Assembly (NCBI RefSeq): GCF_006345805.1
Contig: NC_042999.1
Location: 75,020,001 to 75,084,000 of the forward strand
From: Octopus sinensis
Lineage: Eukaryota
Reading direction: 5' to 3'
DNA length: 64,000 bases
Notes under the pieces: generated by a model
Told to the model about the DNA's origin: nothing
What the model saw: only the letters and a program-made list of their open reading frames with translations
Database searches by the model: none
Made by a program: the position numbers and the translations under genes
Part shown: one piece after another, positions 23,915-36,900 of the stretch
How positions within the stretch are numbered: the stretch's first letter is position 1
Layout: each line of letters begins with the position of its first letter

Positions 23915-26900
23915 AATTCAAGTAGAGCAATTCAAACTCTTTGGCGAGTCCAAAAAGAAATATTTCTAATAAATATTCATCATATCAAAATGATAGCCTT
24001 CTAAAGCAAGCAATTAAAATATGAAGATAACAAGTAAAAAGTTCATTATAGGCATGTATAAGATAAAATCTTATATAAAACATTACAAACTATTATAAAA
24101 ATGGAGAAGAGATGTTAAAAGTTCAAATTAGAATTTAATATCCACATATGACCATTTCAAAAGATAATACAAATATGTAAAAAAAAAAATTAATTATAAT
24201 AATAATAATTAAAACAGTTATGTATTACCATTCTCATTAGTGTAAAAAATTAAAGGAAATTATCAAAAAAGGTATTACCAAAAAGATTAGAAGAATAAAC
24301 AAAGAGGCTATATCGAACAAGCTAACCGGATATTTGCAAATAAATCTAGAAGGAAAAACAAAGAGGCTGTGTCAGGCAAGCTGACCAGATATTTGCAAAT
24401 AACTTGTAAAAGGGGAAAAAGGAAGAGAAACACGGATATATTTAAATACATCCATTGGCCAGATTAGTTTATAGTTTATTGCACAGATAGACTCAAAAAT
24501 ATATTAACCTGTCCCTCCAGTCAGCATGTCTGACATAGCCTCTTTGTTTTTCCTTCTAGATTTTTTTAAGTAATACCTGTTTTGATGTTTTCCTTTAATT
24601 TTTTTTTTACACTGACGAGAATGGTAATACGCAACTATTTTAATTATCATTATTATAATTAATATTTACTCTCATATATTTGTATTGCTTTTGAAACGGT
24701 TGTGTGTGGATATTAAATTCTAATTTGAACTTTTAATGTCTCTTTTTCATTTTTATAATTGTTTGTTTTTGTTTTATATATGATTTTATCTTATACATGC
24801 CCATAACGAATTTTTTACTTATATATATTATATATGTATATATCAGCGGTGGTGCCCCAGCATGGCCGCGGCCTTCGGGCTAAAACATTTTTAAGGATTT
24901 ATATAGAAAAATATATATCAAAATAAGCAACAAGAAAATCTTCGGTAATTTGGTATGATCGTTTCATGCTACATCATTTTATTAAATATTGTAAGTATTA
25001 CAACAGTTTTAAAATGTTGAGCAATCATCAGCCATTTATAGAGGTTTTCCATTAATACATAATTTTCATATTAATTGATAACATTATAGAGAAGGTAGAT
25101 ATATAGACAAAGATGTCAATTTGAATTTTAAGAACATTAAGGTAGTAGAGTTTATCTTATGATTGAAGAATATTCTTTAAGTTATTATATGTATGATAAC
25201 ACCATACGAAATTCTGGTGCACCTAACTTAAGTACCATATTCATTTGAATCTAAATTTTGCTGAACTTTTATATATATATATACAGGGCGACCCAGAAGT
25301 TGCACACCACCCTATTTTTTTAAAAAATACACCCTTATTGATTTCAAAAACACTTTATTGAAATTAATCATAACAAATGCTAAAACTGAGTACCCTCTAC
25401 AATAAAACATGCTGAAAAAATATAATAAAATAAAATGTTTTAATTATTTTAAATGAAAACTAGAATGGTGCACGACTTCTGGGACACCCTGTATATTAAT
25501 GGTATGACAACAAAAGAATGAATGAGGCCTCAGTATCATGTAAATAGAAGAATTTATCTGTAATATGTGATAATTATTCTGTTGCCATAATAAAACTCCG
25601 AGTTTTGGATGTCAGAGCAGAAATCTGCTCCAGCGTCTTGTCAGTTATCAAGGCATTTTTTGATTGCCTTGATAACTGACAAGATGCCGGAGAAGATTTC
25701 TGCCCTGACATTCAAAACTCGGGGTTTTATTATGGCAACCGAATAATTGTCACATATTATATTATATATATATATATGTATAATAATAAAGGGTAAAATT
25801 AATTAATTAATAAGTTTGCCAAGTAGTTTGGTATGTTAAAAAAACCATTATCAGTAAACTTATACATAAAATTTTATAATTATGAGAATAATTATAATTA
25901 GGGTTCAGCAAAAATTTGCTTCACCACATGCTGAAATTTAAAAATAACAATTAAAACAAACTATTTCACTACAATAAGAAAATCTCCCAGATAGCAATAC
26001 TCAACAACCCACGCAGGTAAAGAGAAAAAACTAATGAATCCACCCAGCTTTGATTAACTGTGTACGCGTTTTGGAGTTAGAGAGGTGTGTAAAATGTAAA
26101 ATCATATTTCACTCTATTTCAGCACAGTAATTCAAGATTTTAAATTTGAGAAAACTGCAAAAATTGAACATACCTTATCTGACCATGTATATACTCATAA
26201 TTATAAAATTTTATATATGTATGTATGAATGCATATATATGTTATATATGTGTGTGTGTGTGTGTCTGCATGCATGCATGTGTGTGTGTCTGCATGCATG
26301 CATGTGTGTGTGTGTATATATATATATATCATAGTCCTTCAGGCAATAACAGAGGAATTCAAAACGGGATGCCCCTGGGAGCTCCTCTATGCCGATGACC
26401 TAGCTCTCATAGCAGAATCACTACCGGAACTAGAAGAGAAATTTCGGGTGTGGAAGCAAGGGTTGGAATCAAAGGGCCTTAGAATAAATGTAGCAAAGAC
26501 CAAAGTATTAGTAAGCAACAAGAGGTACTCAGCACACATCCCCTCGGGTAGGTGGCCCTGCTCAACCTGTAGGAAAGGTACAGGTAGAAACTCCATAAGA
26601 TGCACCCAATGTAAGTTATGGACACATAAGAGGTGCAGCAACATTAAAGGGAAATTAACAGATAAGATAGCTTTCATGTGCGGCAGATGCACAGGGACAA
26701 TAGACACAACAGACACTCAGAAAACAGATTCCATCACACTCCAGGGAGAGAAACTAGAAGTAGTTGATAGTTTCCGCTACCTGGGTGACCAAGTTAGTAG
26801 CGGAGGTGGATGCACAGAGAGTATCACCACTAGAATACGAATAGCCTGGGCAAAGTTCAGAAAGCTCCTACCCCTACTGGCAACAAAAGGTCTCTCCCTC

Positions 26901-27708
26901 AGAGCAAAAGGTAGATTGTATGATGCATGTGTGCGAACTGCCATGCTTCACGGTAATGAAACATGGGCTGTGACTGCAGAAGACATGCGTAGACTTGAAA
27001 GAAATGAAACTAGCATGATCCGCTGGATGTGTAGTGTCAGTGTGCACGCAAAACAGAGTGTAAGTATCCTGAGAGAAATGCTGGATATAAGAAGCATCAG
27101 ATGTGGTGTGCAAGAGCGACGCTTGCGATGGTATGGTCATGTGCTGCGAATGGATGAAGAGAGATGTGTGAAGAAGTGCCACTCCCAAACAGTTGAAGGT
27201 ATCAGGGGGAGAGGTAGACCCAGGAAGACATGGGATGAGGTGGTCAAGCATGACCTCAGAACATTGGGCCTCACTGAGGTAATGGCGAAGGACCGAGATC
27301 TCTGGAGATATGCTGTGACTACAAAGACCCGGGCTGCTTTCTGCAGCAATTCCACATACCCCCTACCCATTCTAAGTACCCCGGATCCCCAAAGTACCCT
27401 GGATCCCCAAAGTACCCCGATCCCCAAAGTACCCCGGACCTCGTTGCCCCCGTGCCGCTGACACGTTAAAATGCTCGAACCGATCGTGACGATGCCGGAC
27501 CCTCCGGCCCTTGTGCAGGTGGCACGTAAAAAGCACCCAATCCACTCACGGAGTGGTTGGCGTTAGGAAGGGCATCCAGCCGTAGAAACTCTGCCAGATT
27601 CAGACTGGAGCCTGGAGCGGCCCCTGGCTTCCCAGACCCGGTCGAACTGTCCAACCCGTGCTAGCGCGGAAAGCGGACGTTAAACGATGATGATGATGAT
27701 GATGATGA

Positions 27709-27754
<46 letters not shown>

Positions 27755-27959
27755 GGTGTCCCAGAAGTCGTGAACAATTCTGGTTTTCATTAAAAATTAT
27801 TAAAGCAATTTATTTTATTATATTTTTTGGCATGTTTTATTGTAGAGGGTACTCAATTTGAGCATTTGTTATGATTAATTTCAATAGCATGTTTTTGAAA
27901 TCAGTAAGGGTGTATTCTTTTAAAAAACCAGGATGGTATGCAACTCCTAGGACAGCCTG

Positions 27960-27991
<32 letters not shown>

Positions 27992-29276
27992 GGGGGGTGT
28001 ACATACACGTGCACACACACACACACACATGCATATTCATGAAATATTAATGTATTTTCAGCTTCATCTTGAAAATTCAGAGGGAAAGAAACTTGTATTT
28101 GAAGAATTAGGTGTCATTCAATCAGGATTATGGAATTCTGTTTGCGTCAACATTAAAAATACCACAAACACTAATATTGTATTTACCGCTACTAGGGGCT
28201 ATAAATTTGGTGCATTTATTGGCTTGACGAATGTAGGCTTCAAACCAGAAGTTTGTGAAGGTAAGATTTTTCACACTTTTTTCTCTCCCTTTTAGTACTT
28301 CTGTGAACCTTTCCTTTTTCTAACAAAGATCCATACTTGAACTGTCACAGATTCTCTCCTTTTTCTATCTTAAACTGAATGTCAACCTTATACATTCATT
28401 GTGTACATTCTTCTGGCTTTTATTGTTGCTGTTTTCATTTTTATTTTCAGTTTGACGATATGTATATACATAAGTATGTATATATAATACTTGTGTGTGT
28501 TTGTGCACGCTATATATAATATGCTATATATAATAAAACAGAAAATATATTTGGTGTTTTAAGCTTTGTAAAACATAACATTTCTACAATTCAACTGATA
28601 TAATTGTTTAGTGAAAATTACACAATCTTCTGATTTACCTTGTCATGAATATTTTAATTGTAAATTATACAAAATATAGAGTTAAGTTTGCTCAATATAT
28701 ATATACCTGTTATGTAAAATACACGCACATCTATGGAGTGGCAGGGTAGCAGGAGAGAGTAAATGCATGTTGAAAAGGTTGAGGTCATGCCCTTTCATCT
28801 GTATATAGGCAGATATAGATATACAGTCATGCACACTCATGACCATTCACATACATACACAATAATGAGAAGAGAAAGAAGTGAAATAACCTCTGTTCTC
28901 TGTAGTCTCAGCTTTGAAAACAAGAGCTGTGACAACAACAGTATCAATCATAACAACAATGACAATGATAATAGTAAAAATATCAACCACAGTATGAACA
29001 TCCACTGTCATGAATTAAAGGTAAAGGAAATTAGTAATCAATTAATCAACAAGTTTATGATATAAACTTCAAATATTCTGCTCTCTGGCAGACAAACAAA
29101 ACATATGTTTGTAAAAATATCTGTAGTGTGTAGTGAGTGAGAAGTAGTGTATTACCCAGCATCTCACCCTTTTACTTGCCCGCTTTAACCATCCTACAGT
29201 TTCTGACTTAATGACTTTCATGCATACTGTTGAACTGAAGCATCCACACATTTACAGGTAAGCATGCTCATACACC

Positions 29277-29313
<37 letters not shown>

Positions 29314-32300
29314 ACACAAACATTAATCAATGTACCTATCAGTATATTCACACATACAAACACTTTCTCATTTTCATACAATATAGCAACCAGAACTTTC
29401 TTAAGTTGCTCTTCTACCACTTTTTCTGATACTCTTATGATTCTACCTTGAATGGCGAGGTAACCTATCTTCTGTAGTCTCTTTGTGTACCAAAATCCAT
29501 CATTGTATAATGAATATTTTAAAAAGATTTGTTCAAATAAAATTACTTATTTTGTTGTGTAAACTTAAATTAAATGTATTTGATTGATATCTTACATAGA
29601 AACAATTTCAATCCTTTTGTTATATGTACTCTATTTTTGGTGTTTTACATTTAAATGTAAGTCAGTGATGAAATGTGAATTGCAAACATAGTAATAGAGG
29701 GAGAGTATTGTAGTTCACTTGAAGTATTGTGTATTGTTTGTGAAAAATAATAATAAATAATAATAATGTTGTTTTGAATGGCACAGCAGTGCACTATAAT
29801 AACAACAATGGACTATAATAACTGATATAATTTAATCATACATAGTTTGATATAATATTTCGGAATATAAAAATTCCTTTTTCAGATATCCCTAGGGATT
29901 GATCGAGTCACTGCTACAATCAATTTTCCCACAGTTTTATTTTTTACCGTTTTTTCTTTTTCCCCAGAAGTGTCTGTGCACTGGTCTTATTTTTTATAGT
30001 AATAAAGAATTTTTAAAAAATAACTTTCAACAAATTCAGTCTTCTATTTCTGTTTCAATTTGATAAGAATTTATAGTGAGCTTGTGTGTATGTGGAAAAT
30101 TGTTTCTGTCATCTTATGTTGCTAATGATCCTTGTTATGTGTGAAAAAAAATATGTTAACTTAGAAACAATAATATTTATCAAAGAAATCACAACTGCTA
30201 AATCTTCATATCTTGGGAAAGAAAGATACATAGGATAATGTTGGTCTACATATACCATGTCAGAAAACAGATAGGATAGTCATGATTAGAATTTCTTTCT
30301 TCATACATTTACTCAATGTTAGGGTTTATTTTTAATCCTTTTCATTACTTGGTTGTGTTACGACCTGGTGGCCATAACCTGAATTTATACAACCAACAAG
30401 GATGGGGCGAACCCCAAACAATGATACACCATGAAGTTTTTTGTAAAATATTATTAACAATTAAGTGTCAGCATAAAAAAAACAACCCACATACAAAACA
30501 AATATATGCGAACAAAAATAAATTAATGCTGCACTAGATGTGCAGTCAAAACTTTTATAAAGGTAATATATATAGTTCAGAAATTCGGTCTCAGAAATCC
30601 TGCTTCACCAACATGATTTTACAAGCTTGTATTCATAACTCTGGATTCACAAATTTGGTTTCGCCCAAAACTGGCCTCACACAAAACCTGGCCTCCCAAA
30701 TTTGGTTTTCAAAAAATATGGATTCCAAAAATTTGGATTTCATAAAACCTGGTTTCACAAATTTGGTCTTTGAACCTTGGATTTTCAAAATTTGGATTTC
30801 ATAAAATCTGGCTTCACAAATTCGGTTTTTGAACCTAAACATAAATAAATCTAATGTCAAAGCAACTATTTAAACTTAAAAAGTTCATGACACAAAACAG
30901 CTGCCAGACTACCTCAATAATTATAGTTAAAAAATTAAATAGTCAAACAAAAAATCTAGTTTGCTTTAAATTCATACAAAACTGATTCATACAAGCATGC
31001 TGAATAATAATCATTAGACAAAATTAACAGTTAGTTGTCTAATACAAAAAATTGGCTACATGAAAACTTAAATTCATACACCCTGTAGCTATTTATACAA
31101 ATTTTTCATCATTTATCTTAACAGAAAATAGCTAGCAAAATTACTACACAACCTGCCATAAATGCCGGGTTCAAAATTCACATAAATATTACAATAATAT
31201 AACTTAAGAGATTTATGTACTCACCCAGATGTGACACATAGTATTGTAAACCTGATGAGCAAAAAGTTCTGGCGAATTCTGGAGCATAAAATAATTCCAT
31301 AAATGCTTAACACAAAGCACAAAGTGGATAAACTAAACAGGCAATCACAGCTTCTAGAATCCAATTGAACCTTGTCTCACAGAAAAAAAAACTGTCACAA
31401 AAAACTGGGGGTACAATTATCTCTGCTTATAAAGGTTAGCTAAGGTCTAACCTGTTTGTTAGAGTTTCACAGTTTAGCTATTAATACCTAGCTTCTCCCA
31501 TTTTAACAATGGACTGCATCCTGACCTTACGGTGCAGCTTGAAAAACTGTCTGTTTACATGTTTAACTTAACATTATACAATAAACGTTTTTATAACTTC
31601 CTAACAGTTGTTTGGGGAAGGCATAGCTCTTAGCTAGAACAAGGACATTATATCAAGAAGAATGATACTCAAAATATCAAAGCACTAAACAATCTTTAGA
31701 ATGCAGTAGGTAACTGTAATGAAATTTTAAAATAAATGTAAAGGACACACACACAAATATGTATGTGTGTGTAAGTGTGTGTGTGTACCATCCTCCTTAT
31801 CATCATTTTGCCTCTGCTTTTCCTGCTAGAATGGATTAGCAGGGTCACTATAATGGGAGTCAGCATGTATTCGAGGGCCATTGCTCACCTAGACAGGTTG
31901 AGGGCCTTATCTTGCTTATATTTCATTTTTGGCTTAGTTCCTATAACTAGATACTCTTCCTAACACCAACCACTTTACTGTGTACTGATGCTTCTTTTGC
32001 ATGTTATCAGCACTAGAGATATACCATGTCATTGGCAAGACAAAGGGGTCCTCACAATTTCACACTTTACACCCTACACTGTAAGCATTTTTCATGACAC
32101 CAACACTAGAGAAGTAATTATGTCCTTAAGATGACTAAAGGGACTTCACAATTCCACGTTTCTGTTCACTCACCAACCACTTTACACTGTGAGAGACCTA
32201 AATGACAGATGTATGAATGATAGGGATGAGAAAGATGTGTGATAGGGGAGTATTTTTAGATAAGTATGTATAGGTAATGCAACATGACTGAAATGACATA

Positions 32301-33874
32301 GAAATGACAAGTTCATGTAAAGAAGAAAGAGAGATGTCAGAGATTCAGGATGTGCAAAAGAAAAAGTGCAAGAGTGTGTTGGCTGATGAATGACATGCAG
32401 TGATGACAGACAATAAAAGAGGGGAGGTTGATGGTAGAGTGAATTTTATGCAAGTGTTCCAATGTAGTCATGCCACTTGGGAGTTTGAATGAAGATGGCA
32501 TGGTGAATGGGAAATATGTGAGTCTTGTATCCATGAGCTATGCAGTGATAGGGAAATGTGGAGAGGTTAAAAATAGGTGCTGCATCAGAAAAAAAACATT
32601 TACAAAGTTATGATTTACACAAGTCCAAAGTTGTAATCTATTTGTGAATACTGTATAAAAAAAAGTACAAAATAAAGACAACAGATATGATTCTAAAACA
32701 ATATTTCCTTTTGATCTGTTGGGCTTGGCTCTATCAATAAGAATTATCAGTGAATTGTAGCAAGTTATAAACATCCTTCAGTTTGTTATAATTCCATATT
32801 TTAGATGCTCACTAAGATTGTATAGGGTTAATCCTTTAGAAGTGATGCTAAAGCATCAAAACCTGATCAGACCTTTCCAACATCTACTAGCTGGATTTCC
32901 CAAATATGACATCATGAAACAACCATAGTGTGTTAGCGAGATCATACCTAGATAGAGTATTCATTAGTATAGTGAATAGAGATCCAGTAGGTAGTCCTCA
33001 GTTTAAAATGGTTGACTACCCAACTTGCAAATTTTTGATCTGCATGATTGACTAAGATAGGGCTCACAGACAGGAAATATCAGACTGATTAATGTCATTG
33101 GCAACTTACTGATTCTCCTCTCTTAAGTTAATATTACACATCAAAAGAATCATGCTCACCTCATTCTTCTCTGATTTCAAACATTCTGCTTTCAATGCTT
33201 CTGTTTATTTGTTGTGTACAATAACAAGCTATTTTTTCAGTTTTGAGAATATTTTATGACATGAAGTAAATAATGTTGTTGATTTTTTTTTCCTCTTTTT
33301 CATTAAAGACAGAAATATTTCCTGTGGTTTCACAGAAGGCACATGCCAGTATGGCAACTTAAATTACTACTCAAAATGGGAAAGAATAAATTCAAGAAAT
33401 GATACTAACCTAACAGATGGTAAGTAATTATTCTTTATTTTATATTGCATGAGACTTCTTTTATTTCTGATGAATGTATATTTATCAGCAGACTTATGTG
33501 TTCAGTTAGTTATCTTTGATTTTTGGGCTTGAAATATAAAGAAGTAAACTTGTGGAAAACTGAGTCTAAAGCTAAGATTCAATTACATGTTCAAACCTTT
33601 CTACATTTTAATATTTTTGCATGGACAATTCTCATTGAAGCCTTGATAAATATTTTGTTTTTTTGTTTGGTTTGCAACATTTATGGCTTTGAGGTATTTT
33701 GATGTTTATGCTCTTATATAACTTTTATATCATTTTATATCACTTATCAGTTTATCATTAAAAGGAAATTGCATCTTTGACTCTTAAGGATCTACATATT
33801 GGTCAAATAATTTGAATTTTGTGAAGGATAGCAGTTTTGCTGATTGCTTATATTTGCTACATGCATGCACGCAT

Positions 33875-33934
<60 letters not shown>

Positions 33935-36900
33935 CTGTTTGCAGAGAAAAACTAGAGTCAAACATATTTACACACTTAAAGAAAAAACTTTTCAAACAGC
34001 AAACATTTATTTGTTTTTGTTTCTTTTATACTGCTCCTTTTATATTTTTGAGCTAAAAAACATGAAAATCAACAAATAACTGGGATCAACAGTTATTTGG
34101 ATTTTTGCAGCAGACCTAATCAATAAGGTATCATCATACAAGTGAAAGTATTTTCAGCTGATTTCTATCACCACCGCTGTGCTATATCCATAATTAAGAT
34201 ACTTAGCTCTCCCAGCTGCAAATAGGTTCCATACAAAGAATAGTTAAAGGAGACTATGGTAGACTATTTTGATTAATTATCAGTCATTCAGTTGAGAGGA
34301 CAGTCCTTTGTATCCTATCATTGATACAACATAGTATTCATGACCAATGTACTTAACTCCAAAATGCCTGAGTATTCTTAACTATAAATAGGTACAAAGA
34401 ATTCAGATTCTTCAAGTGATCTCCTGTCAGTTGTAGAATTTACTCTCACAATCCAAATATTTGCTTGTATGTTATTATAAAATGTTTCAGAAGGTGAAAC
34501 TAATAATTATTACCAATTTTCAGAGAAATAATTTTTTGCTATTTTAAGATGAATTAAATGACATTCAGTATGTCTATGTTGCATAATGAATTAAATTTCA
34601 AATTTTTTTCTCTAGGCTTTTATATGAAAACTAGATTGAACTATGGTGGAAGCATGTTGGCATCTCCAACTGAAAATATCACCAACAGCTGTGTACAAAT
34701 TAGATATAAGATAACCAACAAAAATTGCCAGCTGACCATCTATAATGCCTTTAACAACAACACTAATTTAAGTATGGTGAGTGATGATACAACTCCATGG
34801 GGAATAGCTCAAGTGTATATTCAGCAAGAAATTACAAAACTTGTTTTCCAGGCAAAACGTGTAAGCTATGGAGTGTGTGAAGTTTTACTTGATTATGTCT
34901 ACATCAGAGAAAATAATTGTCCACAATTAGGTAAGTTTTTAAATTTACTCTAGTTTTAGAAATTCTGGTTATATCAAACTAAATAGAAATGTTTTGTTTA
35001 TTAGACTTTCATGTTTGTGTAGTGTGCACAGGTCCATTGCTGTTCTGGATAATTTTATAAGATTACACTAGTCAGTCTATATTTGGTAAAACTTTGATCA
35101 ACCTTCTGTATTCCTTTTTTACCAGGAATTTCTAACTTGACATTCAACCAAATTAGTAGGAATTGTGTTGAAAATCTTGTCAAATTGAAAATAAAGTTAT
35201 GTCGTCGGTGCATAATTAGGCTGTTTATGAATGTTTCTTTGCAGATAATGTTGTTTTATGAGTTTTTAAGCATTTTACCTATTTTTCAATTATGAAATTT
35301 ATCACAGCTGAACACTACCTTCAACAAAAGACTAAAGCATTAATTGTTTACAAGTGATCATAAGATCAGTAAGAATTTGAGCAAACATATTCAGAAAATG
35401 ACTTAGTAACAGTTGAGAATTAAAGATATTAAGTGGGAAATGATAATGATGTGTTTCAAAAGGGCAGGGCATGGTTCTCAGCTGACAGTAACGATGATGA
35501 AATACTAAAACCATGAGATTGACAGACTGAAAATTCCAGAAATTATCCTCAATTTTCTATTTATTAATTTCACAGGTCTACAACTGAAAAGTTGTTTTTC
35601 ATCTACTGGGTGTAATTGATTTTTACCTGCTGATCTCAAAATTTTCAAAGTTATTCTATCATTTACAATTTCTTCACTGCATTTTATCATTATGCCCGAA
35701 CATGACCATTATCTTTTATTATTATGACTAGCTATTTTGACCTGTGCTTTGCTCGAGTTTTGGTGATGGTGTTGTTTTGTGCATGTTGTCTCCTTTTCCC
35801 TTTCTTCTTTTGTTCGTCTTCTTTGCCTGGCTCTTTTTATTGCCCTCTTCTCTATCCCCCCTTTCCAAAATCCCCCAAATTTTTACACTCACAATTAAAA
35901 ATGACCGCCTCTAGTCCCTGCAGTAACATGAAAAGCCACCATTATTCAAACAGTGCAACCTGTCTATTCCATAAAACTCAGTTTTTCCCATATTCTTCAC
36001 CATGGCAACCAAACAGTAGCCCCGAGTGACTTGCAACTCTCCTCACCCCATTTTACCCCCCAGTGTAAATTTTGGCACCAATCCGACCCCATCTACCACT
36101 CCTTAAAACGTTCCTATCACAAAATGAGACAAATAATCAAGAAATCAAACAACTTTTTCACATTTCAGTTTTATAGATATTGATTAATTGCCATATCTAT
36201 AGACACTATAACAGCATAACTTATAGGAGTTAATTTTGGAAAATAAACATCTGGCAATATATAAACTGCTTCAGCTACACAGAGAAGTGCCTACATCTCT
36301 AGCTTCAGTCACCCACAAGCTATGAGGAGAGAAAGATGCACTTTACAATGCCATGTTTTCAGGTTACAATGTATCTTTTTTTTATTTCAGTTATTTCCTT
36401 ATGCTTGTTTTCATGTATATATATATTACATACTTATGTCAGGTTGCACTTGAGCACTGTTGGTGACATATAACCCAATACAACCGATCACATGGTCGGT
36501 TCATCAGCAACTAAACTGGCAACCACTGAGTTTGCTTGGTGAAGAGGGTGATTGTTGGACACCCTGTAGGACAAAAAGTAAGACTCACAAAAAGGTGAAA
36601 GAACCTATGAGTAGTCCATTGCCATTCAACAATATATACAAGTGTGTTGTTTATTTGTGTATGTGTGTGTGTATAGGTATATATAGTGTATATTTTTAAA
36701 CTTCTTTTTATGCTTATATTTTTATATTTCTTTTTATATTCTTATTTTAATATTTTTATATTCTATTATATTCCTTTTATAGTTTTATATTTATATTTGT
36801 ACATATATAATTCCTTTTATATACCCTTGGGGCATTGAGGGAGGAATAGTACCTCTAGTGGGAGGGGTTATTCATGCTTCTTAGGAGTGACTCATTCACC

